From Elusimicrobia bacterium LH_S2 (lineage in GTDB: Bacteria; CG03; SLGR01; JAGXOG01): 50,528 nucleotides of DNA. The position numbers and the translations under genes are program-made. This document shows positions 41,727 to 50,528 of the stretch, one piece after another (position 1 is the first letter of the stretch; each line of letters starts with the position of its first letter). Below the pieces are notes generated by a model. It saw only the letters and a program-made list of their open reading frames with translations. It was not told the origin of the DNA and made no database searches. Location: assembly GCA_023660015.1 (NCBI GenBank), contig JAGXOG010000003.1, positions 1-50,528 of the forward strand, read 5' to 3'.

Positions 41727-42682
41727 ATTTCAAATGACAGCATCAATTGATGATTATTATTTATCGCGGAATTCAATAACATTCCATAGTCAAATTTGAT
41801 ATTATTATATTGCATCCCTACCCCAAAAGTAAAATTTTTAATTTCATAATTAAATTTATACCCCATCCTTAAAAAAAACCGGTTGTCCACCCGGTATTCT
41901 AAACCCAGAGAATTTTTAATGCTGCTTTCATTGTCTTTTAGAGTCTCTGATAAAACATTTACCGCATGTCGGTTATTAAATCTTAAATAGTATGCCATGC
42001 CCGCGCGAAACATTATCGGCTGCGGAGCCAAGTGACTTCTATATTTAATTCCTTGCCCCAGGTTTTTAATTGAAACTCCAATATTTAATCCCTCCGAATA
42101 AACCCGGTTAACCCAACAAATATTGCCTTTTTCAAATAACCCGGTATCAAAAAATATACCTGCATCCGAAGAAATCGCAGAAGCGCTGTATTGTTCCAGC
42201 AGGGTTGAGCTGTAATATTTTCCCGCCAATCCCAGGCTTATTACTTTTGACAATTCTTTGGAAATTATTATCGATGCTATGTAATCACTCTGAGCATTTA
42301 GTGTTTCAGCGTTATTTACTTCCTCCGAGTCGTTTATGGTTATATCTCCCCCGTTAAAACCCAGAAAAGTTATACCAATATCCATAAGGCCGTTCTTTTT
42401 CCCGGCTCCCAAATAATAAATACCGGCATCTGAAAAAGAACTGTCATACAAAGCCGATACGGAAAAATTATTGATTGAAGAAAGGACTGCCGGATTATAA
42501 TTAATTGAGTTAAAATCTTTATGCAAAGCCGTTCCGCCTGCCCCCATAGCGTTTTGTCTTACTCCCGGCAGGTATTTAAGAATTACTCCGCCGGCAGTTC
42601 CTGCGCAAAAGCCGAAAGTTGCCGCACCCGGGAGGAACAAGACCGAAAAAAAGGAAATCTTTAATAACTGCTTTTTAAGCAT
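41723..42682 (-). CDS. PorV/PorQ-like outer-membrane beta-barrel
   Basis: Signal peptide, GVRQNAMG and YNPA motifs, N.G...KY, amphipathic strands LRMGY and FTFGVG. Confidence 0.75.
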   Translation of the reverse strand: MLKKQLLKISFFSVLFLPGAATFGFCAGTAGGVILKYLPGVRQNAMGAGGTALHKDFNSINYNPAVLSSINNFSVSALYDSSFSDAGIYYLGAGKKNGLMDIGITFLGFNGGDITINDSEEVNNAETLNAQSDYIASIIISKELSKVISLGLAGKYYSSTLLEQYSASAISSDAGIFFDTGLFEKGNICWVNRVYSEGLNIGVSIKNLGQGIKYRSHLAPQPIMFRAGMAYYLRFNNRHAVNVLSETLKDNESSIKNSLGLEYRVDNRFFLRMGYKFNYEIKNFTFGVGMQYNNIKFDYGMLLNSAINNNHQLMLSFEI

Positions 42683-42685
42683 CCC

Positions 42686-45028
42686 TTACCTTACGACAAC
42701 TACTTTCTCTGTATCTTCTTCACCCGCCGCCTGGATATTAACATAATAGATGCCGCTTGCCACAATATCACTGTTGTCTGTCTTTCCGCACCATTTAACA
42801 GGCTCTTCGTTTCCATTAATGACATACTCATCAAAAACAGTTTTCACGAGCTCACCCATAATATTGAAAATCCTTAACTTTACTCGGCTATCTTTGATTA
42901 TATCATATCCTATTTCAACTGCATCGCTCTTATCTCCTGGTCTTCTCATCAGATTATTATTTATAGTCAGAAGCTTCAGAATCTGAATACCGTCGCTCCA
43001 GTCAGTCCATCCTGTATAGTGCGGAGACTCAGGATTCCATAATCCATCAGGATCTCCCGGGGTTCCATAAATATCTGGTCTGTAAGTAGAGGTGGGGATA
43101 CTCTGAGCATACCCATGACGGGCTTTCACTCTCACGTAATAGGTATGGTATAATTGCCCCTTATCATATCTATATTCAGCGCTGTCATCAGATTCCCAAA
43201 TTCCGTCGTTTGCCAAACTCCGATTAAGTTCTTTATCAATAACGATTTTTTTATCGCCGTCTTCGTCCACCTCTTTGATCTGGATATAGCATCCAAAAAT
43301 TCCGGTCTCAGGGTCAGAAGCAGTTCCTTTTGCCCAATTAAAAATCAATTTATTATTATATGTAGCCAAACCATCGTCTGTAGGAATAGAAGGTTTACCG
43401 GTTGGGCCTGTATCGTCTTCAAAAGACTGTTGTTCCGACCAGCCTTCTCCGTAAAAATCTGTCCAGGAATATCCTAATGATGAATCTATTGTCTGCACGG
43501 CCCAGTAATAGTTGGAACCTGTTACATTAAGCACTCTTACATTTTTATATCCACTTACATCTACATCGCTGCCTATATCGGAATCACTTATTGTCCCTGA
43601 AGTAGCCTTTGTTAAATAATTACCCAAAAGAGGGGAACCGTATCTTGCAGGAACAATATCAGAAGTCCCCGAAGAACTCCCCACCCGGAAGTTATAAATA
43701 AATCCATCAGTGGGTGTCTCTTCGTTACTATCAACCGGAGGATCATTCCACATGATATAGAATTTATTGTTATAATATCTGGAGTTAAAATAGTCTTTGC
43801 CTTGAGGCACTTTGGGAGGAATATTATTGGGATTGCCATCGTCAGCGGTATCATTTTTCATTAGACGGGATATAGGATCGCCAGAGCTGTTTTCGCCTGT
43901 CATGAAAAGGTCAATATCATCATCACCATCATAATCGCCCCACCGGATAGACCCTAACTCTATACCGGAACCTAAATCATAATAATCAGAAAAATAAGGA
44001 GCGCTGGAAATAAGAGTTCTGGGACTATTTCCATCATTTCCCAAAACCGCAAGATCCATATCACCATCATTATCAGCATCCCCCCACGCTATCTCACTGT
44101 TAGTTAGTTGAGGAAGGGAAAAAGTCGAAGATGTAAAAGTATAGTTGCCTGTTCCGTTATTGGTATATATTTCAGTATATTGTCCGCCACTAAAAGGAGT
44201 CTCTCCAGAGATTGTTATATCAATCCAGCCGTCGTTATTATAGTCGCAGGCTCCAAGCGAACCCAGACCTAATCCTCTGATAGTGGAAGTATCTTTGGTA
44301 AACTCTCCCCGGTTATTTTTAAATATCACAGTTACTGCTTTATCGTTTGTATTTTTACCCATCTGTACTAAATCTAACCAGCCATTATTATTTAAATCTG
44401 CCCAGACAAAATCTCCGCTAGCAACATTTTCTAAAGTAATCCCGGAATTTTTTAGTATTCCTTGAACATTCTTAAATAATAATCCTAATTTTTCTCCTTC
44501 TCCCATCCCTAATACTGCTAAATCCAGCCAGCCATCATTGTTGTAATCGCCCCAGGCTAAGGCAGAATCTTTTACTCCATCGAGAGTCTGAGATATCTCA
44601 AAATTTCCGTGATCATTCCTGTATATTATAGTCCACCTTTTCGTATCCTTACCTGAGTCCTCGCCACTAATAGCTAAATCCAGCCAACCATCGTTGTTGT
44701 AATCACCCCAGGCTAAATCTCCAAAAGCTAATTCCTTGAATTCTTTATTTGTTTTCTGAAGTATATCCGAATCATCATTTTTGTATAAATTTTCGTATAA
44801 TATGGTATGCAAATTATCCAAAGAATCTTTTCCGCATACAGCTAAATCCCAGTCGCCATCATTGTCGTAATCCCCCCAGCTTGATGCAGAGTTTTTAAGG
44901 TTCTTTATGCTGAATGAAACTTCCTCGGAAAAATCAGCATTGATTTCATTAGGCAAGAAAATCAAAAAAAAAAAAACAAAAATGTTAAGTATAAAAATTT
45001 TCAGGGAAAAGTTCATTTTAGTAATCAC
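42686..45028 (-). CDS. FG-GAP/VCBS beta-propeller surface protein with FN3-like domains and a FlgD-Ig/T9SS-type C-terminal domain
   Basis: Seven WGDYxNDGxxDL-type repeats; YYWAVQ and YYVRVKA strands; C-terminus IFNIMGELVKT...W.G.......ASGIYYV...KVVVVR. Confidence 0.85.
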   Translation of the reverse strand: MITKMNFSLKIFILNIFVFFFLIFLPNEINADFSEEVSFSIKNLKNSASSWGDYDNDGDWDLAVCGKDSLDNLHTILYENLYKNDDSDILQKTNKEFKELAFGDLAWGDYNNDGWLDLAISGEDSGKDTKRWTIIYRNDHGNFEISQTLDGVKDSALAWGDYNNDGWLDLAVLGMGEGEKLGLLFKNVQGILKNSGITLENVASGDFVWADLNNNGWLDLVQMGKNTNDKAVTVIFKNNRGEFTKDTSTIRGLGLGSLGACDYNNDGWIDITISGETPFSGGQYTEIYTNNGTGNYTFTSSTFSLPQLTNSEIAWGDADNDGDMDLAVLGNDGNSPRTLISSAPYFSDYYDLGSGIELGSIRWGDYDGDDDIDLFMTGENSSGDPISRLMKNDTADDGNPNNIPPKVPQGKDYFNSRYYNNKFYIMWNDPPVDSNEETPTDGFIYNFRVGSSSGTSDIVPARYGSPLLGNYLTKATSGTISDSDIGSDVDVSGYKNVRVLNVTGSNYYWAVQTIDSSLGYSWTDFYGEGWSEQQSFEDDTGPTGKPSIPTDDGLATYNNKLIFNWAKGTASDPETGIFGCYIQIKEVDEDGDKKIVIDKELNRSLANDGIWESDDSAEYRYDKGQLYHTYYVRVKARHGYAQSIPTSTYRPDIYGTPGDPDGLWNPESPHYTGWTDWSDGIQILKLLTINNNLMRRPGDKSDAVEIGYDIIKDSRVKLRIFNIMGELVKTVFDEYVINGNEEPVKWCGKTDNSDIVASGIYYVNIQAAGEEDTEKVVVVR
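44964..44976 (-). repeat. T13 homopolymer in the adhesin signal peptide
   Basis: 13 consecutive A on the + strand, encoding VFFFL in frame. Confidence 0.9.
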
Positions 45029-45064
45029 AAACTATTTCGTGTCTTTTATCTTTTATTAAAAGTT

Positions 45065-46387
45065 CTACTTTTCCTCCCATGATATCACATTTATATCTTC
45101 ATTTTCGTCACTTTCGTTCAGCGGAACATCAAAGACATCATCGGAATAGTTAAACTCTATATTGGAATCTGCCTTTAATTCCTCTCCTGCTGCAACAATC
45201 CCTAAAATATCTACATTAGAATTTACTTTAATATCTCTGGCAGCTTGAATAATACCATTTAATTCCACATTGGATTCTATATCTATATCCTCAGCTATCC
45301 AGTCACCTCCGGCAACAATAAAATTTGCTTTTGCATATCCATCTCCTTCACCATTAATATTTGACGTTATAATGATACCATTATCCCAGTTACTGCTATC
45401 CCCGGCTGCACCGTCTACCACAAAAGTTCCCGAACCTGCAAGAACTATATTGCTGTCAAATTCAACTCCGTTATCATAGTAATATACATTTCCATTTAGG
45501 TTTAAGGTTTCATCTGAACTAAATTCAATCCTTCCGTTCCCAACATCAGTTCCTTTCCCTCCAAAAGTATAGTCTGTTTCATCGGCATTTTCTATTAAGT
45601 TATCTGTATCTACGAATTGGACTTCATCAGAATCTAATTCTTCAGTTTTGTCTGAATCATCATTTTCCACTATTGTGGGTTTAGGAGAGGATTTAAAATT
45701 GTCACCATTGGGATCACTGTCTTCGTTGCCATCTATCACTCCTTGAGCTCTGATTTCCCTCGTTCCGGTTGCTTCATTATCTTCATCAAAATAAAAATTA
45801 GAATCAATTTCTATGGCCGAATCCAGATCATCAGTGAGTAATGTGCTGTCAGATGCAGTATAGATAGCTACATCCCCATTGTTGTCAGGATAAAAATGTA
45901 CATTAGATTGAATTATTATGAGGTCATTAGAAAAAACTACTCCGTAGACATCTACATTAGAAGAAAAAGAACCGGTCTCTCCACTGATTGCTGAATAATC
46001 AGGGTATCCAGCACTCGCATTAACTTTAACACGGATAGAACGTTCTTCTTTAATATCTGATTGTGAAGGAACATACCCGGTAGAATCTATTTGGTATTTC
46101 TTATCGCCCAGAGAAGTGATATCAACTACTGCCTCCCCCTCCTTATCTCCGGTTCCGATGCCTACATAAACAGTAAAATCCGAATACTTACTCTTTTTTA
46201 TATTACAAATCGCCTTTTCAATTCCCGCATCGGCAACATAGAGCGCTGAAGTTCCCAGCCGGCTTTTCACCTCTTTGCTGGTTTCGCCGGTAGTAAGCAC
46301 GACCATGGATACACCGAGAACACCAAGAACTACCATCATAAGTATTGCCGCCACGAGCGCCATACCTTTATTGTTTTTAATCTGCAT
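45065..46387 (-). CDS. PilX-like minor pilin with a long acidic repeat-containing C-terminal domain
   Basis: NNKG|MALVAAIL (no Glu5, as in PilX/GspK), ALYVADAGIE.A, I.STG, terminal ISWEE; repeated xSN[VIF] motifs. Confidence 0.82.
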   Translation of the reverse strand: MQIKNNKGMALVAAILMMVVLGVLGVSMVVLTTGETSKEVKSRLGTSALYVADAGIEKAICNIKKSKYSDFTVYVGIGTGDKEGEAVVDITSLGDKKYQIDSTGYVPSQSDIKEERSIRVKVNASAGYPDYSAISGETGSFSSNVDVYGVVFSNDLIIIQSNVHFYPDNNGDVAIYTASDSTLLTDDLDSAIEIDSNFYFDEDNEATGTREIRAQGVIDGNEDSDPNGDNFKSSPKPTIVENDDSDKTEELDSDEVQFVDTDNLIENADETDYTFGGKGTDVGNGRIEFSSDETLNLNGNVYYYDNGVEFDSNIVLAGSGTFVVDGAAGDSSNWDNGIIITSNINGEGDGYAKANFIVAGGDWIAEDIDIESNVELNGIIQAARDIKVNSNVDILGIVAAGEELKADSNIEFNYSDDVFDVPLNESDENEDINVISWEEK

Positions 46388-46427
46388 TTAGGTTACCTCC
46401 CCTAAACTAAAAAATTTATTCGTTTTC

Positions 46428-46832
46428 TTAGTCACTATCGGAGTAGTCTGCAACATATGAAACTATCCTCAATTCCTGCGGGTTACTTAATTCCGTCCAG
46501 CTGACTTTAATTCCTATTTCTTTGAGCCCTTCTTCCAACTCTGATATATTTACAACTCTGGTAAATTTTTTACTGGTTCCCAATACTTTTGTGGTAGATG
46601 TAAAAGCGGAGTCAGTTATATCATCATAGTAGTAGCTCTTTATATTTTCCATCTCATCCGAAGCCCAGTTTGCGGCCATCGTCTGCATTTTGGACTGATT
46701 TAAGGCAATATTATTTTTTATAAACATCTTGGCAAATCCCATAACGACATAAGTTATAATCGCCGCAGCGAGAATTATCTCCAGATACGTAATTCCACTG
46801 CTGTTTTTTTTATTTTTGTTAATATTTTTCAT
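46428..46832 (-). CDS. Type IV minor pilin (PilV-like)
   Basis: SSG|ITYLEIILA, A...ME.IK, FTR.V and VSW. Start placed at the second Met. Confidence 0.8.
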   Translation of the reverse strand: MKNINKNKKNSSGITYLEIILAAAIITYVVMGFAKMFIKNNIALNQSKMQTMAANWASDEMENIKSYYYDDITDSAFTSTTKVLGTSKKFTRVVNISELEEGLKEIGIKVSWTELSNPQELRIVSYVADYSDSD

Positions 46833-46901
46833 ATCAGATACTTGCGATAAAGTAATAATACATTTATTACTTATTATCAACTTTTACTTTATCATTACGC
46901 C

Positions 46902-47304
46902 TTATTCACCGGAAAGCGTCAGTAAACCAGCGGCAGCAATATTTTTGTCTATTTCAACTTTGCCCTCTACTTTAAAAATTCCGTCCTTCTCCTCTTTTAA
47001 TGTAACATCTATCTTTAATATGTCATCGGGTTCGATAGTCTGGCGAAACTTTACTTTATCTACGCCGCTTAACTTAATGTCTCCCCTACCTATTACCGCC
47101 ATAGCGGTCTGGGCCATAGATTCCATTATCAAAACCCCGGGCATAATCGGACGTCCGGGAAAATGTCCCTCGAAGAAATACTCGTCGCCGATAAGTTTTT
47201 TTATACCTCTCCCTTCTTTGCCTTTGCGGGTAACCTTAACTTCGTCTATAAGCAAAAAAAGGACTTCTAAAAGGCAGTATCTTTTTAATCTCTGTTTTTT
47301 TCAT
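46902..47304 (-). CDS. fabZ: 3-hydroxyacyl-ACP dehydratase FabZ with a +1 frameshift near the 5' end
   Basis: MKKTEIKKILPFRSPF from ATG 47304 joins LLIDEV if T7 (47254-47260) is T6; FF.GHFPG.PIMPGVL..E..AQ intact. Confidence 0.9.
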
Positions 47305-47377
47305 TATCAAACCTCTCTGAATCATACCTAACTATCGCTCTGGATTGTCTGTTATAGATGCTCATCTAATTAAATGT

Positions 47378-48364
47378 TTATTTATCTTCGAAACAGTCAG
47401 AGTATATTATCCCTTCCCGGACTTCTTTACCGTATAAAATAACATCCCGCCCCTTTAACCCGCTTAATTCTTTTTCCAAACTTTCCCTATTTCCGAAAGG
47501 GGTAATTAACAAGACCTTCTGTCCGGAAATTTTTATATAATAATTATCGTCCTCAAAAATCAATTTCCCCCTGAACATATCGCCGAATCTATACGTGTCC
47601 ATTTTAATCAGGGCCCATAAAATATAATTTTTCACCGAGCCGCTACTGCGACCAACATCATCCTGCAACGCCATTATTAGGTCTTCATCATCCTGTTTAG
47701 ATATCAATAAAAGAATATTACGCTTAGTAAAATCATTACCTTTCTTATATATGGCAATAAGTTTCTCCGCGCTGATATGCCCCAGCTCGCTTATTGCTTC
47801 GGAGACGGTTTTTGCCACTTCTATTTCAGTTTCGGATTTTAATATATTAAGTAGATATTCAGTTACCTGGGTTCTGCTATCGGTTTCTTTGCTTATACGA
47901 GTTAAATGTTTGGCTGCGCTATTTCTCACTTTAGTTATATCTGAATTCTTTAAAATATCTTTAAGCGCAACTATCGCCTCGGCGTTTTTTATATCAGCTA
48001 AACTGCCCAATATCTCGGAAGAGGCAATATATTTAAAAGTATCCGACGATAAAATTAACTCGGTTAATCTATTAACTGAATCTTTGAGTTTGCCGATTTT
48101 AACTTTTCCTTTCGCAATATAATATTTTGAAAGATATTTCCATTTTAACGGCGTGTTGCTTTCTTTAACTTTTTCAAAGAGATTGAGGGATTTTTTATAG
48201 TCCTGTCTGTTATAAAGTTCCTCCGCCTGCCGATAGTCCCCGGGAGCATTTTTATCAAAAATCTTGTTTTTTTCAGCTGCCAGGTTGAATGATACGGATA
48301 AAACTAATATAGCCGAGGCAACACTTATTTTAGCCCTATATTTAAGGATATATTTTAATCTCAT
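47378..48364 (-). CDS. Exported TPR/HEAT-repeat protein
   Basis: Signal-like N-terminus, TPR-like helix pair, HEAT-like repeats (VRNSAAKHL). Confidence 0.65.
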   Translation of the reverse strand: MRLKYILKYRAKISVASAILVLSVSFNLAAEKNKIFDKNAPGDYRQAEELYNRQDYKKSLNLFEKVKESNTPLKWKYLSKYYIAKGKVKIGKLKDSVNRLTELILSSDTFKYIASSEILGSLADIKNAEAIVALKDILKNSDITKVRNSAAKHLTRISKETDSRTQVTEYLLNILKSETEIEVAKTVSEAISELGHISAEKLIAIYKKGNDFTKRNILLLISKQDDEDLIMALQDDVGRSSGSVKNYILWALIKMDTYRFGDMFRGKLIFEDDNYYIKISGQKVLLITPFGNRESLEKELSGLKGRDVILYGKEVREGIIYSDCFEDK

Positions 48365-48475
48365 TTAATTTCAACAGCAATATTGCAGATAGTATCCATT
48401 ACTTTTGTATATTATTTAAACCTCGCAAAAAAATGACTATATAAAGTGATTATATATAAAAATATTTTTATAAGC

Positions 48476-48515
48476 AAAAAAAACAGCCCCTTTTACAAAG
48501 CTGCAAAAGGGGCTG
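48476..48515 (-). terminator. Intrinsic terminator
   Basis: CAGCCCCTTTT / AAAAGGGGCTG 11-bp stem followed by T8 on the minus strand, 20 nt after the stop at 48536. Confidence 0.85.
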
Positions 48516-48535
48516 GAAAATTTAAATTACTTTCT

Positions 48536-48769
48536 TTATTTTTTCTTGCGGCCTCTGGCCATCTTAGCTCTTCCCACATCACCATCTTTATCTACATAAT
48601 AAAGATAGCCTGATTCTTTTTTAACACCGGTCTTTGAGACTTTCTTAGGTTTGCCTTTACCCTTACCGCCGCGAGCCATTTTAACTTCTGCAATATCTCC
48701 CTCTTTATCTACGTAATAAAGATAACCACTTTTTTTACTAACCCCAGCTTCTTTTACTTTTTTCCCCAT
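48536..48769 (-). CDS. Small basic protein made of two internal repeats
   Basis: KKV...GV.K.SGYLYYVDK.GD....KMARG x2; SD GGAGGT; own terminator. Confidence 0.85.
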   Translation of the reverse strand: MGKKVKEAGVSKKSGYLYYVDKEGDIAEVKMARGGKGKGKPKKVSKTGVKKESGYLYYVDKDGDVGRAKMARGRKKK

Positions 48770-48878
48770 TAGAACCTCCTGTGATTCATTTCAAATACAA
48801 AATTAAAATATTATTTTTATGTATCTTAATTTTCTTTTAACAAATTTTTTATTTCTTGTCAACAAATTATTCTCCGGG

Positions 48879-49835
48879 CTATTCCCGTATCAGACCGGTC
48901 CCATACTTTTTTATAAGAATATCGGCAAGGTATATAGCCAGCAGACCGGTTAAAATACCCGCTACCGAATCTGTTATATAATGATACCTGTTATAGACGA
49001 CAGAAACAGATAAGAGGGCCACCGAGGGTAGATAAAAATAAAATAGTTTTCTGACATAAAACCCCATCATCACCATGGAGACAAAGGCCACCGCGATATG
49101 AGAGGATGGCATGCATCCGCCGTACATTGACCCGTATCTCATAATATAGTTCTGCAGTCCGGTAAAGTGGTATCCTCTTAACGCTTTAGTTTCTTTATCC
49201 TGTAATTCTTCTGCCACATGAGGGCCGTAATATTCGCCTATTTTAACGGTATAGTCTTTGGCGTACTTTCGGTAAAACTCATACCTGGGGCCCCGGACGG
49301 GAAAAATTATAAAAGTCAGGTAAGAAAGGTAAAATGCTATACAGACCGCCGCAAGAAACCTGATATAATCTTTTCTTTTTCTGAAAAAATAAAGCGCGAC
49401 AGCCGCCACCGGTACCATAAGATAGTAAGTAAAATAATTAAATTTCATTAACTCGGTAAGAGCGGGAGTTATAAACCTCTCCAAATAGAGGGAAGGGTGC
49501 ACTCCAAACAAATTATATTCAAAATTAAAGATAAAACTGTCATACCACCGATTCGTCAATATAGAGGTAAATCTGTCTACTTCCCGATAATTAAATGTAA
49601 AGAGGATTATAGGATACCACCACCTGAGAAAATTTAAGAGTTTATTTTTACTTCTTTCCAGGATAGGCGCAAATTTAATAACCATAAATATGATAATAAA
49701 ATGCAGCGCGCTATAAAGATACGGATACCTCACCCCACTATTGAAAAATAATAATACCGCCCCGGTAAGCGCTAAGTAAGTGATAAATATTATATCTACT
49801 ATATTTAATCTATTTTTTTTCTTTTCGGCTCTCAT
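48879..49835 (-). CDS. PAP2-family (IPC-synthase-like) membrane phosphatase/phosphotransferase
   Basis: FP..GPR, MPSSH and RYHY..D motifs with TM helices. Confidence 0.85.
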   Translation of the reverse strand: MRAEKKKNRLNIVDIIFITYLALTGAVLLFFNSGVRYPYLYSALHFIIIFMVIKFAPILERSKNKLLNFLRWWYPIILFTFNYREVDRFTSILTNRWYDSFIFNFEYNLFGVHPSLYLERFITPALTELMKFNYFTYYLMVPVAAVALYFFRKRKDYIRFLAAVCIAFYLSYLTFIIFPVRGPRYEFYRKYAKDYTVKIGEYYGPHVAEELQDKETKALRGYHFTGLQNYIMRYGSMYGGCMPSSHIAVAFVSMVMMGFYVRKLFYFYLPSVALLSVSVVYNRYHYITDSVAGILTGLLAIYLADILIKKYGTGLIRE

Positions 49836-50181
49836 TTATAATTTCATCGGTCACCATTTCTATTACACAGTCGTTCTGCTCGGCAACAGTATCATCGAGT
49901 TTAAGCCCTACGAGGTATTTATCCTCCGAGACTCTCACCCACTGGACATTCCCTACAAGGGGTGCAAGATCACTTTTCATTTTTAACTGCAGACGGATCA
50001 GCAGGCCGGGGTAAAGTTTTTCGCTGACTTCAAACATTACCCCCTGCGCGCTTATATCCTTTATATAGCCGTCAAGTCCGGAAAGAGCCATATCCGCTGT
50101 TTCTACAATAACGGGCACATTGTATTTTACCCTTATATATTCCCGGCCTTCTTCTCCTTTCTTTTTTTCTTTGTCATTCAT
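49810..50181 (-). CDS. Stand-alone PilZ domain protein
   Basis: REYIR (RxxxR) and DISAQG (DxSxxG), V.WV and VGLK. Confidence 0.85.
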   Translation of the reverse strand: MNDKEKKKGEEGREYIRVKYNVPVIVETADMALSGLDGYIKDISAQGVMFEVSEKLYPGLLIRLQLKMKSDLAPLVGNVQWVRVSEDKYLVGLKLDDTVAEQNDCVIEMVTDEIINESRKEKK

Positions 50182-50528
50182 TTTTTATTCCTTTAAGATA
50201 AACCATTATTGTGGAAATTGCCGCCGGGGTTATTCCCGATATACGGGAAGCCCGGGCAAGAGTATCCGGTTTAACCTTATTTAATTTTTCAACTTCTTCA
50301 TTTGAAAGACTCTTTATTTTTCTATAGTCAATACTGCCCGGCAGTTTAATATTTTCCATATCCGAAAGATCCAGAATACGTTTTTTCTGTTTCTTTATGT
50401 ATCCTTCGTATTTTAATTCTATTTTAAGTCTTTTAAATACCTTGCCAGAAATCTCTGCGGGAAATAAGGATAACTCTTTAATTTTATCTATTAATATATC
50501 ACTGTCAATCCGGGGGTTTTTAAAAAGT
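50174..50528 (-). CDS. mnmG: tRNA uridine modification enzyme MnmG/GidA, 3' end (continues beyond the window)
   Basis: IELKYEGYIKKQ upstream in frame; LSNEEVEKL..KP.TL..ASRISGITPAAI. Confidence 0.92.
   Translation of the reverse strand, partial: LFKNPRIDSDILIDKIKELSLFPAEISGKVFKRLKIELKYEGYIKKQKKRILDLSDMENIKLPGSIDYRKIKSLSNEEVEKLNKVKPDTLARASRISGITPAAISTIMVYLKGIKNE

Overview
AT-rich bacterial chromosomal window with almost all genes on the minus strand. The host is diderm (LptD, PorV-like barrel); the tmk-holB-PSP1-metG order and the PorV/CTD genes suggest an Elusimicrobiota-like or candidate-phylum lineage, which is inference only. Housekeeping genes include eno, ftsB-like, lptD, folC, accD, a full trpEDGCFBA operon plus a second degenerate trpF, mfd, pcrA/uvrD, htrA, metG, holB, tmk, fabZ and the 3' end of mnmG. 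Main points of interest: (1) a minor-pilin operon (PilV/PilX/PilW-like) in which the usual PilY1 position holds a 7-repeat FG-GAP adhesin with a T9SS/FlgD-type C-terminal domain and a PorV-like barrel, with a T13 tract in the adhesin signal peptide; (2) two divergent copies of a ~260-bp rod-like nested palindrome whose internal loops are conserved while the stems covary; (3) a decayed IS1380 element just upstream of trpE, interrupted by four tandem ~57-bp hairpin units; (4) a 362-aa intein in PcrA/UvrD with a GIY-YIG-like rather than LAGLIDADG core; (5) identical CC-T7 +1 frameshifts in fabZ and a GH57-like lipoprotein gene, plus several true pseudogenes. No rRNA, tRNA or CRISPR array was recognised. 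All calls are by eye from motifs; no database searches were run.
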